A stretch of 63,480 nucleotides of DNA, counting the filler, from Stramenopiles sp. TOSAG23-2 (lineage: Eukaryota): assembly GCA_900128395.1 (NCBI GenBank). It is 9 parts of 9 records of this genome, joined end to end, with 100 filler letters (N's around TTAATTAATTAA, not from the genome) between each part and the next. Parts side by side here need not be neighbours in the genome. Positions count along the whole stretch, not along the records: positions 1 to 7,422 come from LT650322.1; positions 7,523 to 14,940 come from LT650323.1; 7 more parts are not named here. One strand, written 5' to 3'. This document shows, piece by piece, positions 1 through 11,122 of the stretch. The notes under the pieces are model-generated. The model was not told where the DNA came from and did no database searches. It saw only the letters and a program-made list of their open reading frames with translations. Position numbers and translations under genes: made by a program. Within the stretch, counting starts at the first letter, position 1. Each line of letters begins with the position of its first letter.

Positions 1-389
1 TATAGAGCGAGGAATTTCAATTTTCATGATGCATCATGTATTGTGCTTTTTATTTAAAGAAAAAAATAATTTTATAGATAAAGAGAGACAAAAAATATAA
101 TTTATATGTGGTAATAACGTAGTGTTTGTTATGAATACGCGTAGTAATTACTCGTGTAGGTGTACATTATATAATACGACTTCGTACATATATATATATA
201 TTGATTACGTACACAATTGTGACATATAAAATGTGTGTGTAGAAGAAAAAACTATAGAAAATTCGTACGAATGAATCAATTACTTCCCTCTCTCTCAGCC
301 CAGCTCTCGCAGTCTGGCAATAAATTAAATTGAATTCTTTTTTTTATTTATTTTTTCAAAAATACATTAATATATAAATATCTTTAAAA

Positions 390-1601
390 TCAAGTTTTTT
401 TCGGCTTACCCTCTTTGTCCAATTTATCACCTTCCCAATTTCTCCATTCCATACCATCTGGTGCTATTTTTTCTTTCTCATAATCTTTCTCAGATACTTC
501 ACCCCAATTGGTGGATAAGACAGTACCTCCACTTGTTTGAAAGGATTTGTTCATAGCACGCCTAGTATCTTCATTTGCTTTTGAATAAATATCTCTAAAT
601 AATTTATTCAATGCATCTTCACCTTCCAATTTCTCATCTTCCTCCTCTTTCTTTAAATCTTGGCCTATTTTGTCCCAATCACGATTTGAAGCATAAGCTT
701 TCGTCGATTTCTTGGAATCAGTAATTACAGCTGGGACTACTCCTGCGGAGCTTTTTAATACCACAACTTCATCATCTGCCCTTTCTAACTTGGCCCATTG
801 ATATGAGGTTTTCTTCGATAATTTAATTTCAATTTTAGGTTTGCATATTCTATACGATGCAGAACTTGGATTGATCTCATCAAATAAATCAATATCAAGT
901 AAGAAATCATTTCCATCTTCCAATTTCACTGTGATTGTTACATTTCGTGTATCGAATTCTACATTCACAGTATCTTCACTTTGATTTTTTGCCATCAATG
1001 AAATAACAACACGATCCAATGTTTGATACCAATCATGTTTAAAACGTGGTGGTACTGTTTTTGACGTTGGTGGTACTTCTTGTTGCTCTGTTTTCACAGT
1101 GGTATTATTATTTTCTTGTCCTAAATTGCTACTATCATTCTTCTCATCATTGTTATTGTTATTATTATCATTATTCACATCATTTTCTTCTTCGTCGTCA
1201 TCGTCGTCATCATCGTCTTCATCCTCAATTTCTGCATCACATTTTCTGATCCACATTTCATATGTTTCTTTTTGTTTTTTTGACGTTACTAACGTGACAC
1301 CTTTTTCAAACGATGCTTTTGCACTTTCAAATTCATCTAAATGGAAAGCTGCAAGGCCAAAGCGCAAATATGCATTAGCAAGATTTGGATTCAACCCCTT
1401 TGCTTGCAATGCATCATCCATCGCTTCTTCATATTGCTTCAATTTTAAATATGCTGCAGCTCGTTTAGCAAAATAATTTGCTTTTGCATTGTTATCGCCA
1501 TTATCACTTTCCGTAATTGCTTTTGAAAAAGCTTCAATAGCACCTTCATAATCTTCATCTACAAATAATTCATTTCCTTCCGTAAATGCAACCGATGCCA
1601 T
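390..1601 (-). CDS. SGT1: SGT1/SUGT1 Hsp90 co-chaperone (TPR-CS-SGS)
   Basis: N-terminal TPRs, CS domain (KHDWYQT..VVISL..KIEIKLSK) and the diagnostic SGS domain (GEDALNKLFRDIYSKANEDTRRAMNKSFQTSGGTVLSTNWGEV). Confidence 0.96.
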   Translation of the reverse strand: MASVAFTEGNELFVDEDYEGAIEAFSKAITESDNGDNNAKANYFAKRAAAYLKLKQYEEAMDDALQAKGLNPNLANAYLRFGLAAFHLDEFESAKASFEKGVTLVTSKKQKETYEMWIRKCDAEIEDEDDDDDDDDEEENDVNNDNNNNNNDEKNDSSNLGQENNNTTVKTEQQEVPPTSKTVPPRFKHDWYQTLDRVVISLMAKNQSEDTVNVEFDTRNVTITVKLEDGNDFLLDIDLFDEINPSSASYRICKPKIEIKLSKKTSYQWAKLERADDEVVVLKSSAGVVPAVITDSKKSTKAYASNRDWDKIGQDLKKEEEDEKLEGEDALNKLFRDIYSKANEDTRRAMNKSFQTSGGTVLSTNWGEVSEKDYEKEKIAPDGMEWRNWEGDKLDKEGKPKKT

Positions 1602-1624
1602 GTTTAGAATGTTGTATATATATA

Positions 1625-1628
<4 letters not shown>

Positions 1629-1657
<29 letters not shown>
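1629..1657. repeat. (TG)n microsatellite
   Basis: Pure TG run directly upstream of the SGT1 start. Confidence 0.9.
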
Positions 1658-2213
1658 CGTGCGTAATGTATGTAACACTTGGTTTCTTGCTGGTATTTTT
1701 ATTTTTCTTCTTTCGTATCTAATATTTACTACCACCATGTCTCTAAATACAGTAATTTAATTGATGACTATTTATTTTCACACACACTGGAAACCTTCAT
1801 TTCTAATTTAAATTGATTATTCATTTTTTCAAAAAAAAATCAGTGCAACAACACACCACCATAACCACGCCCGGATGAAATTATTAAAAAATGTCCTTGA
1901 ATTTCCCTAATTTTATTAAGGATTTTATAAAAATGCACAAGCAGTCACAGTCAGGAGAGCTGTAAACTACTAGTAAAGATACCTGATATAATAGCACACC
2001 CAGATTACTCCCACCACAGCATTTTCCTTGCAGTACCTTATCCTGACAAAAGGAAAACATAGTACATATATAATAAGTACTTATGTCATACGTGAAGAAA
2101 AAAGAAATATGATTAAACAATTTATATCATTATCATCACTATTTCACATATTTATAATCATATGAACTGTATATATATAATAAAAATACCAATATAATAA
2201 ATTTTTGATACCA

Positions 2214-3443
2214 ATGTTAACTACTGTAACAAATGCAATATCGAAATTGCCACAAATATTATTAGATCAACATCGTTTGTTGCAAGGTAGTCGAATATTA
2301 ATTGTTGCATCTAATAATGCTAAAAATAGAGCACCATTTAATCAAACGATGTTAACGCTGCAAAAAAAAGGCAGATTTCAATGCGTGCCATTTTTATCCC
2401 CCAGTGGTAATGAGGCGAAGATAGAGACTGTTGATGATGGTGTCTTAATGGCTCAAAAGACCGGTTGTGAAGCGGTCCTTGCAGTCGGTGGTGGTACTAT
2501 TATTGATATTGGAAAAATGATTAGTGCAGTTTTAACAAATGGTGGATCTGTAAATGATTATATAAAAAGTCCAAAAGCCAATGTAGTAAATAAAGAATTA
2601 TTTGATGAAGATCGAAATATTAATCCAACTGTAAATATTGCAATACCAACATTAATGGGTAGTGGTGCTGAATTATCCAATCATGCCGTCCTTTTGAACG
2701 CAGGCGAAGAAAAAATGATTACATTTTCAAATGATTTATTGCGACCAAATTTTGTTGTTGCTGATAAAAGTTTTGCAAAAGGTGTTTCTAATAGTTTGGA
2801 ATCGGTAGTTTGTTTTGCAAATTTTGCTAGAGCAATTGATTTGCATATAAATAATGTACAATCTATCGACGTAGCTGAAGAGGATGTAGAATCTTGGGGA
2901 CAACATGTAGCTAGCTTAGAAGCTAGTAAATTATATTTATCAACAATTTTGAAAGATGATGATGAGGATGATAATAATGACGATGGATGGTACGAAATTG
3001 CATCAGGTGCAAGTTTTCAATCTGCATATTCGTTAAATATATCAGATTCTGGTTTATCAATTTCTGCAAGATTTGCACAAACAATATGTGGCTTATTTTC
3101 TGTACCATATGCAAATGTACATAGTGCTATATTTTTACCTTTACTTAAAGCTAGAATTGATCATGCAAAAATTAAAAATAAGAAAAAAGATATTGAATTT
3201 TTAGATCGTTTGCAAGTAGCTGCTTCGACAATCTGTGAGGATCCCAGTAGTAATGTAGATGATTTAATACAATATTTGGAAGATGTATATGAAAAGTTAG
3301 GTTTACAAAATATGAAAGAATTAGGCATGTCACGTACGGATAGTGAATTAGCAATATCATTAGTATTTACTGAAAACGATTTAGAAGAAATACAATTGTT
3401 AGGTAGAGAAACTCTCTTGAATGTTATTGTAGCGGAGGAGTAA
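2214..3443 (+). CDS. Iron-containing alcohol dehydrogenase-family protein, metal ligands degenerate
   Basis: AVGGGTIIDIGK and AIPTLMGSGAELS NAD-binding motifs and LRPNFVVAD. The first ATG is at 2214 (the ORF track starts at a TTG at 2205). Confidence 0.75.
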   Translation: MLTTVTNAISKLPQILLDQHRLLQGSRILIVASNNAKNRAPFNQTMLTLQKKGRFQCVPFLSPSGNEAKIETVDDGVLMAQKTGCEAVLAVGGGTIIDIGKMISAVLTNGGSVNDYIKSPKANVVNKELFDEDRNINPTVNIAIPTLMGSGAELSNHAVLLNAGEEKMITFSNDLLRPNFVVADKSFAKGVSNSLESVVCFANFARAIDLHINNVQSIDVAEEDVESWGQHVASLEASKLYLSTILKDDDEDDNNDDGWYEIASGASFQSAYSLNISDSGLSISARFAQTICGLFSVPYANVHSAIFLPLLKARIDHAKIKNKKKDIEFLDRLQVAASTICEDPSSNVDDLIQYLEDVYEKLGLQNMKELGMSRTDSELAISLVFTENDLEEIQLLGRETLLNVIVAEE

Positions 3444-3712
3444 AAAAGAAGTATTGATATGACATCGAGTATAATGAATACGCGTTCGTATATATATAAG
3501 ATGGTTATAATACGTCGTATTCGTATTATTTACATAAAATATATGGATTAATATACCGAGTATTGAGCGTATCATACGAAGTACGACTCGTATAATATAT
3601 GATACTCGTAGTATTTTTCACGGAAAGAAAAATTATTATATATATAAAACTTTATACGAACGTAGATTTTAACCGCACATATATCAATATAATATAATAT
3701 AATTTGTGCGCG

Positions 3713-3726
3713 TCTCTCTTTCTCCC

Positions 3727-3759
<33 letters not shown>
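3713..3759. repeat. (CT)n microsatellite
   Basis: CT-rich run in the 3' flank of UTP21. Confidence 0.85.
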
Positions 3760-3776
3760 GTGTGTACAATTTTTTT

Positions 3777-6700
3777 TCATTGTATCTGCCCTGACATATG
3801 TTCAATTAAACACAAACTTGTCTGTATTTTACCTCGTAATTGACCCCAGCTTTCTTTTTGTATTCTTTGCAGCTTGATCAATTCTATCATTAAACTTTTC
3901 GTATTCACAATGACGTCTAAATGTTGTTTCAACACTACATTTAAATAAGATTGTACAACTTGAAAATCTCGCCTTATTGCTGTTTCTAGTATGAATACTT
4001 TTAAAACTTTACGTAATGCATCAATTCCTACTTCATCTTCCAATCCAAAACATAATGATTTAATTTCTAAATCCACTGATGATGCAGATTTATTTTTTAA
4101 ATGTGCAATAATCGTTTTACTACTATTGCTATTATTATCCTGTACAGTATCTAACAACCGCATTAATTGAGTCTTATGTCTTTGGCCACCTATGGATAAC
4201 AATCGTGATTTTGATCTTCCTGCTTCATCACTAACATTGTTGCCACTACTTTGTTCTTTAGCTATTTCTTCTTTTTCTTCTTCTAAAGTAACAGCAGATA
4301 CACCAAGGTTTATTCTTGATGGTATGAAGAACGGTGCTTGCTCTGGTGCTTTGGGAGCTTCAACTGGTTTATTTCGATCTTTAATCAAATCCAATTTTGA
4401 AAGTGTTTCCCATCTACTACGTGGAATTGAAGACAATGTTGCTAATGAATTTGCTAACGGAGTATCATCCATTAAACCGTTATTATTAATCACTGGACGC
4501 GAGGTATTATTTGTATCTTCACCTGTCCCATTATTGCCATCATCATCATCATCATTGGTGGATAAACCCGGCTTACTCGTTGGTAATCCCATTCTTACCG
4601 GTTCGTCGACATTACCATTCAACAATAAATTTTCAAATTTGCCCCTGTTTGCCCATAAAAATATACCAACTTCATCAACATGTGTAGTTGCTAAAAACTC
4701 TCCAGTTTTGGACAAACTAAGGCTAGTAACTGCTTTACCAAATACATACCAATTGATACATGTACCAGATGGAATATCCCATACTCTTAATGATAAATCA
4801 ACAGAACTAGTAATGAGCCATCTTCCATCCGGACTGATTGTCATATCAGTGATAGGCCTTGTATGACCTTGAAAATAACGTACCCTCCTAATATTGAAAA
4901 TATCGTATATTAACACGCTATAATCATCGCAAGAACATGCCAATAAACCACTTTCTCGATGTAAATATGAATTAACAATTGGACTTTGCACTTTGACAGT
5001 TTCAATTAATTTGATCGTTTTAAAATCCCATAATTTGATTGTCTTATCTAAACTTGTTGAGATTAAATATTTATTAGCATTTGATGTGTTAATGGAAGTG
5101 ATAGGTGCATCCTGTTTCAAGTCATTTTCATGAACACTTGGATAGCGACCGCGTTGCAAACCTGATTGCATACTGAAACGATAGATATATCCGATAACCG
5201 TTCCTACAAGGCCATAGTTACCACATACGGTTAGTGCAACAGATACAATACGATCGTTATACCCATCACGCGAATCTAAATTTGCACGTGCAAATGTTCC
5301 ACGTTTGCGTTTTGCTTTCTTTGAAATACCAAATTCAACATGGCCGGATGTGCTGCTGCCATTTCCACCGCCAGGTTGTAATACTAATGATTCAAGTGTC
5401 TTCTTTTTAAATGACCATGTATATGCAGATGACGTTTTTTCATGGCAACTTATAATATTTGCCCAATCGCTATTACGCAATTCGCAACAATCAAAATCAA
5501 CTATTGGCGGTAATTTAAGATCAGAAATTTTCTTCGAATGTCGATTTGAAATTGATTCCAGTGGTCCTTGACTCAACTCTCTACTTTGCGAGTCACGAGT
5601 AGCATGAAAAGAGCGGAAGGAACAATCTTGCCCACCCGATAAAATTTGTAAAGCGGATCCATCCACAGCCTTTCCATTATTTTCATCTAAATTGTCGCCA
5701 TAAAATCGTACCATCGTAGGTGGGTTTGAATGACCGGTTCTGCTTTTTAACAATCGGCATGTACCATCAGGTTTATCAAATATAAACATTTTCAATGAAT
5801 TGTCAATTGAACTAGACAATAACAATGGTTCGTTATTCAAAAATTCTAATTTTACAATTGCATCCGTATGCTGTTGTTTTATTTCACTATGAAGACTGCG
5901 AGTTTCCAAATTCCATATAGAGATCGAACCACTTGTGCTACCAGCTGCTAAGATAGATGTTGTATTGTTTTTGCTATTGGTACCGTTGCTATTTACACGA
6001 AACGTGTCATTTCTAAATGCTAAACTTGTTATTCCACCATCACCATGTACAAATTTCATTAAAATTTCGTCGTATTTTAAATTGTGAATGAAAATTCTAC
6101 CATTACGACAACCAATACCAACAACATCAATTGCAGGGCTTTGTACTACAGTCGTAATTTCTTTATTTATAAACTGAGTAAATCTGTATATGCATTTTTT
6201 CGACCGTACATTCCATAAATCTAAATGACCATCGTCAGATGCAATTAAAATTTTGTTTAAATACGTATTGGGATGTAAAATCGATGTCACATTTAACAAT
6301 TCTTTATTATTATCGAAGTTGGAATTATTGACATCATCTTGTAAAAACCTGTTATTACGTATTAAATTAAATTGATCGTAATATTCAACATTATATCCAT
6401 TATTACGTATTAAACTCCACATGACTATTGTATTGTCTTTACTTATTGAAATTAAATAATTTCCAAAAATGTATAATTGCATAATGTTTGTTTGATGTTT
6501 TCCATTTAATATTTTTAAAAATTCCGTACGTTTATATACAACAATTTCTTTTGATGCAATACATACGCAAAATGTTAAATCATGCCAAACAGTTAAATAT
6601 TGTATTTTTTTATTTAATTGCGGGGAACACAAAGCTAATGTTAAATCATCCGCGCGATATATATTAAACGCACGTTCAACTGCCATCGCTAAGAAATTTA

Positions 6701-7157
6701 CAGTGCCAATAGTTTGATTTATTACAAATGGAACATCACTTGATATCAATCCAACTGCACGATATGGTTGAAATATATTGGAATGAAAACTATAATTATC
6801 TGTTTTGTCTATATTTCGTTTTTTTGATTTTTTGATCTTTTTAGAAGATGTTTTTGTTGTTGTTGTAATAATGACGACATTTTCTTCTTCATCTTCCTCG
6901 TCATCTCCATCTATAGCAACATCGCCATTATCTTCATCATCTTCATCTTCTTTTTCCACTTCCATATTGTTATTGTTATTGTTATTGTTGTTATTATTAT
7001 TATTATTACTTTGCTCCTTTTGTTCTACTACTTCGTTTTGTTCCTCATCCACTTGTTGTTGGTGTAGTTGTGCATTGCTATAATGTTGTTTCATTTCAAT
7101 TGCTTTTTTAACATCACTGATAGTCCATTGATTTTTTTTACTACTTTTTTTGCCCAC
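3777..7157 (-). CDS. UTP21: U3 snoRNA-associated protein 21 / WDR36
   Basis: IFQPYRAVGL, HPNTYLNKIL, SPAIDVVGIG, WD40 repeats and the Utp21 C-terminal motif LDLIKDRNKPVEAPKAPEQAPFF. Start uncertain (GTG at 7157 or ATG at 7094). Confidence 0.94.
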   Translation of the reverse strand: MGKKSSKKNQWTISDVKKAIEMKQHYSNAQLHQQQVDEEQNEVVEQKEQSNNNNNNNNNNNNNNMEVEKEDEDDEDNGDVAIDGDDEEDEEENVVIITTTTKTSSKKIKKSKKRNIDKTDNYSFHSNIFQPYRAVGLISSDVPFVINQTIGTVNFLAMAVERAFNIYRADDLTLALCSPQLNKKIQYLTVWHDLTFCVCIASKEIVVYKRTEFLKILNGKHQTNIMQLYIFGNYLISISKDNTIVMWSLIRNNGYNVEYYDQFNLIRNNRFLQDDVNNSNFDNNKELLNVTSILHPNTYLNKILIASDDGHLDLWNVRSKKCIYRFTQFINKEITTVVQSPAIDVVGIGCRNGRIFIHNLKYDEILMKFVHGDGGITSLAFRNDTFRVNSNGTNSKNNTTSILAAGSTSGSISIWNLETRSLHSEIKQQHTDAIVKLEFLNNEPLLLSSSIDNSLKMFIFDKPDGTCRLLKSRTGHSNPPTMVRFYGDNLDENNGKAVDGSALQILSGGQDCSFRSFHATRDSQSRELSQGPLESISNRHSKKISDLKLPPIVDFDCCELRNSDWANIISCHEKTSSAYTWSFKKKTLESLVLQPGGGNGSSTSGHVEFGISKKAKRKRGTFARANLDSRDGYNDRIVSVALTVCGNYGLVGTVIGYIYRFSMQSGLQRGRYPSVHENDLKQDAPITSINTSNANKYLISTSLDKTIKLWDFKTIKLIETVKVQSPIVNSYLHRESGLLACSCDDYSVLIYDIFNIRRVRYFQGHTRPITDMTISPDGRWLITSSVDLSLRVWDIPSGTCINWYVFGKAVTSLSLSKTGEFLATTHVDEVGIFLWANRGKFENLLLNGNVDEPVRMGLPTSKPGLSTNDDDDDGNNGTGEDTNNTSRPVINNNGLMDDTPLANSLATLSSIPRSRWETLSKLDLIKDRNKPVEAPKAPEQAPFFIPSRINLGVSAVTLEEEKEEIAKEQSSGNNVSDEAGRSKSRLLSIGGQRHKTQLMRLLDTVQDNNSNSSKTIIAHLKNKSASSVDLEIKSLCFGLEDEVGIDALRKVLKVFILETAIRRDFQVVQSYLNVVLKQHLDVIVNTKSLMIELIKLQRIQKESWGQLRGKIQTSLCLIEHMSGQIQ

Positions 7158-7422
7158 GCTAGGTTTGATTTTAAAATGTTGGTGCGGGATCGAAATTTCA
7201 TAATAGTATTGATATACAATTAATTCAATTTTCTAGTTGGTGATTTATTTTTCCAGTAAATTTAGTTGATTAGGTGGATAATCTAGGTAGGTAGGTGGGT
7301 GGCTAATGTTATTTCTATATTATATGTTAAAAAATCCCACCTCAAAATCTCGTTATTTTTTTTTTGAGGTAAAAATCAATGCTATTCCCCTGTAAAAGCA
7401 AAAATCCGCTGGTCAAACTTTT

Positions 7423-7522
7423 NNNNNNNNNNNNNNNNNNNNNNNNNNNNNNNNNNNNNNNNNNNNTTAATTAATTAANNNNNNNNNNNNNNNNNNNNNN
7501 NNNNNNNNNNNNNNNNNNNNNN
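7423..7522. other. Artificial contig spacer (N44-TTAATTAATTAA-N44)
   Basis: 100-nt N block with a six-frame stop linker, recurring identically about every 7.4 kb. Confidence 0.98.
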
Positions 7523-7523
7523 T

Positions 7524-7582
7524 TGGTTAAAATCTAAGTTATAATAGTTTTACTTCTCATGGTAAATAATATGCTCAATACT
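7524..7582 (-). repeat. Dispersed 3'-flank element, copy 1
   Basis: The minus strand reads AGTATTGAGCATATTATTTACCATGAGAAGTAAAACTATTATAACTTAGATTTTAACCA, matching 36241-36303 and 61552-61636. Confidence 0.75.
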
Positions 7583-7604
7583 ATATATATATATTATAAT
7601 ATTA

Positions 7605-8123
7605 TCACAATTTTTGTTCACGGGATGTCTTAAATATTTCTAATCTTAATGGTAACGGTTTACCGATCCAATAGCAAAAGTCATTATGATCTCTATAGGG
7701 ATCCCCAGTATTTGGATGTACGAGCGCTGAAAGATTTCCTTTTCTAGTACAAAACCATGATAAATATTGTGACATTTGTGTTGGCGTATGCAGTTCTGCA
7801 CTCCACATGGCTGATGGATGTGGTCCGATAGGGAAAGAATAAGGACGGTTTACAGTCATGTTAGGAAATTTATGTAATGATTCCCAGCGCAAGGTCAAGG
7901 CAAATGTTGTTTCTTCTTCTGATTTACTATTAAAATATACATGCACATCCCAAGATTGAACAGGCTTTTCAAAATTTTCCAAGGGCGTTGTATCAAGTTT
8001 CCCAAACCTTCGGTCGTAACCATAGTTGTTCACATTATTTTTATGGTTTACCATTGCCTCGGCAACTGTTGGTTGTTTTGACGGTGGAACCGCCTCGTGC
8101 ATTTGATAGACTTTAGATGACAT
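7605..8123 (-). CDS. DOPA 4,5-dioxygenase family protein (fungal/bacterial DODA type)
   Basis: WDVHVYF, PIGPHP and LSALVHPNTGDPYRDH..WIGKPLPL signature. The first ATG is at 8123. Confidence 0.88.
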   Translation of the reverse strand: MSSKVYQMHEAVPPSKQPTVAEAMVNHKNNVNNYGYDRRFGKLDTTPLENFEKPVQSWDVHVYFNSKSEEETTFALTLRWESLHKFPNMTVNRPYSFPIGPHPSAMWSAELHTPTQMSQYLSWFCTRKGNLSALVHPNTGDPYRDHNDFCYWIGKPLPLRLEIFKTSREQKL

Positions 8124-8543
8124 TATTTTTACTTTTGTATTAGAAAATATGATGATTACCAATTTGAATTGATAATATAAAAAATTATAACAATAGAAAA
8201 GAATGAAATATGAATCGAATCATTATATGTTGAAGTGTATAAAATCAATATGTCTATTGTAAATATGGGAGATGTATTGGTGTGTGCCTTGTGGTGTGTG
8301 CGTAATCCAATATTTCTGTTGCCGTACTGCGTAACAACATAGATCACTATAGCTTTATATAACTATATAATAGTACAGTTTTTGTGTATTCTATTACTAA
8401 TAGCTCTACCTAATATAATACAACAATCAACAATAGCAAATATAGCAATAATCATATCATATATATATTTATAATTGAAATAATCATCAAAAAGAGTAAA
8501 AATTGAAATACTAATAATAATAAGATAAAAGATTATACAGTTG

Positions 8544-8885
8544 CTAAAGGCTCTTTTTTTTCTTTTTCTTTAGATTATTTTTCAAAAGGCGTAGATCTCT
8601 TTTCACTATAACTTGATCACTCACTGTAACTTTTTCAGCCAATGCTTCCTCGAGAGCAGCAATATCATCATTTTTCATTTTATTTAATACATCTTGCTCG
8701 CCACTAACTAAATTCCATGTTTTCGATGGTAGTGGCGATAATGGAATTTGTACACTCTTTTTTTTACTACTTCCAGTTGAACCGATGAAATTTGTCACTA
8801 CATTTTCGGATGATTTTTCAATCGATTGCCTTAATACATCATCATTTGTTATAAAATGGGTTATATTTGGATTATTCAATAACAA
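8544..8885 (-). CDS. Hypothetical protein, probably a 3' exon with a basic C-terminal tail
   Basis: Open frame with protein-like composition ending in KKKKKKSL. No ATG start or family recognised. Confidence 0.3.
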   Translation of the reverse strand: MLLNNPNITHFITNDDVLRQSIEKSSENVVTNFIGSTGSSKKKSVQIPLSPLPSKTWNLVSGEQDVLNKMKNDDIAALEEALAEKVTVSDQVIVKRDLRLLKNNLKKKKKKSL

Positions 8886-9476
8886 TGTTGAAACGCATGA
8901 GCCAGTAATAAACGGGCCTTATGTATTGCATGAATCCTTTCTTCTATCTATCTATCATCTATCTTTTGATGTATACAGTACATTATGTACATGTAAAGTC
9001 TAGGACCTAGACATGTATCAATCAATTGTTGCATATATTTAATACTATGATGTAAAATAATATGATGTGCACACAGTGCCACATAATGAAAAATAACGAT
9101 TTCCATACGTAAAAAAGTATTAGCACATAGCACATTGTCACATAACTGCACCCTATTTTTATATTCCTTTTTCTATTTTGGATCAAAAATCACATTGATA
9201 GTAATATTATATTAGTATATAAAAATACATACTTAATGTATTTTTTAAAACCCTTCCGTTTTGGACGTACCAGGTAATACCAGGTAATAATATTAATAAT
9301 AAAATACCACCAAATGCACTCTTTCTTCTTCTTCGATTATTATTATTATTATTATTTATTCATATTACGGTACTAATTACTAACTGGCAATGGTATATTA
9401 GAAATGAGGTATGAAAGGGTAAATACAAAACCATGAATGTTATTATTCACATCACGTTGCATCAAACAACAACAAA

Positions 9477-10571
9477 ATGCATGTAGATAGAACAGAAGAA
9501 TTTTTTGATATTGTAAATAAATTAAACGCTGGGAAAAAAACTCCAGGTGGTAATACTTCTAATAATATTATTGAGGAAGACTTATTATTTGAAAATGGCG
9601 AGGAAGAAAATGATGAAACACTTCAAATAATTTTACAATTTCATAAGTTAAGCAACAAAGTTCGGAATGGAATTTCACGTATGACAGAATTGATTGATAA
9701 TAAGTTTACATCGTATGTTGCGCTTGCGCAGAATAGTTTTATGTTTCCTGATACTCCAAGATTATCCAAGGCTGAAAAAGAGGAAGTTGATTCAATTGTC
9801 GAAGATTTTTGTAAAGCAAGTAATTTACAGTTAAAAGAAATTAGCATATTAGCCAATGCAAGTGCAAAACGTAAAGATGTTACCTCGTCGCAGGTTAAAC
9901 ATTCGAAGCAAGTAGTTTTGTTTTTAACAAAATGTTATAAACGTATTGTAAAAAAAATACATACCATGAAAAAAACGTTTGCAACAGAATTAAAAAAACA
10001 AGATGAACCACTTTGTCCTGATGAATTACCAAACAATATAATGTTTAAAATAAATAATACTGATAATAATAATAATAACAATAATAACATATCATCAAGC
10101 AGTGGTTTTCTTGGTGCAGCATCTCTTGTTGCTTCTATTAGTGGTGGTAGTAGTGGCAAAATGGCGAAAAAAAACCTAGGAAATAATGGACATGATAAAA
10201 AAGATGAAGTAAACATTATGAATGAAATGGATATACAAAATATTAATGATGATAATTTAAAGAAAGAAATTGAAAAAGAAAATAGATTACTGATGGCAGA
10301 ATTTGAAAATGATTTTGAAGAAGCAAAAATAATGGAAAGTAAAATGATGGAAATAGCTGAGATGACACAAGTTTTTGGTTCAGCGGTGAAGGAGCAACAT
10401 GAAATGATCGAGCGGATTGGGGATGAAGTGGAAGATAGCGTACAAAATGTTGTCCGTGGTAATAAACAATTAATAAAAGCAGAGGAAAATACTGGTACTG
10501 GTAGTCGTTTCTTAGTTTATGTTTTATTGATTCTATCCTTTATATTATTGTTCTTGGATTATTATTCGTGA
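9477..10571 (+). CDS. STX18: Syntaxin-18/Ufe1/SYP81-type Qa-SNARE
   Basis: N-terminal DRTEEF motif, SNARE heptads (MESKMMEIAEMTQVFGSAVKEQHEMIERI..GNKQL) and a C-terminal TM ending LLFLDYYS. Confidence 0.88.
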   Translation: MHVDRTEEFFDIVNKLNAGKKTPGGNTSNNIIEEDLLFENGEEENDETLQIILQFHKLSNKVRNGISRMTELIDNKFTSYVALAQNSFMFPDTPRLSKAEKEEVDSIVEDFCKASNLQLKEISILANASAKRKDVTSSQVKHSKQVVLFLTKCYKRIVKKIHTMKKTFATELKKQDEPLCPDELPNNIMFKINNTDNNNNNNNNISSSSGFLGAASLVASISGGSSGKMAKKNLGNNGHDKKDEVNIMNEMDIQNINDDNLKKEIEKENRLLMAEFENDFEEAKIMESKMMEIAEMTQVFGSAVKEQHEMIERIGDEVEDSVQNVVRGNKQLIKAEENTGTGSRFLVYVLLILSFILLFLDYYS

Positions 10572-11122
10572 TGTGAATAACGTAAACCCAGGTGACTGAT
10601 GTGAGAGCAAATTTTGATTTTCAATATACATTCAGTGTACGTATATAATATATGTACAAAATATAACATTTTAGTTTTTTACTTTTTCTTTGTTAACAGT
10701 CGTCAAGAGTATATTCTATATATATACATTCGTATACATTTTAATTTCGTATTTATTTTTTATTTTTTGGTCCCTGCATTACTAGAATTTTACAGTAGAG
10801 CTTACTACCTACCTTTATATAGGATATTATTATACATTCTGATGATAATACCAATAATGCTGTGCCGATATATAAGATTATCAGTTATAAATACAACATT
10901 GTATTGTTATACTGTACTTAGGTGATGCGTATATAATACGTGCGTACGTTATAATAATATTATTTTGGATATAGTTATGTTGCTTATTCCAACTTATAGT
11001 AATATCTGAAACATCTGTAGTGTATTATGCAAATGAAATAGAATCAAACAAAAAGGTATATATATGTAACTATATCTGTTATATATAATAGCAGTTGTTT
11101 ATATATAATCCAAAAAAACAAA

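Noticed and set aside
1868-1877. GCCCGGATGA, similar to the 5' end of tRNA-Sec
   Set aside because: No continuation into a cloverleaf.
7176-7196. TTCGATCCCGCAC on the minus strand, resembling a tRNA T-arm
   Set aside because: No paired T-stem or other tRNA arms.
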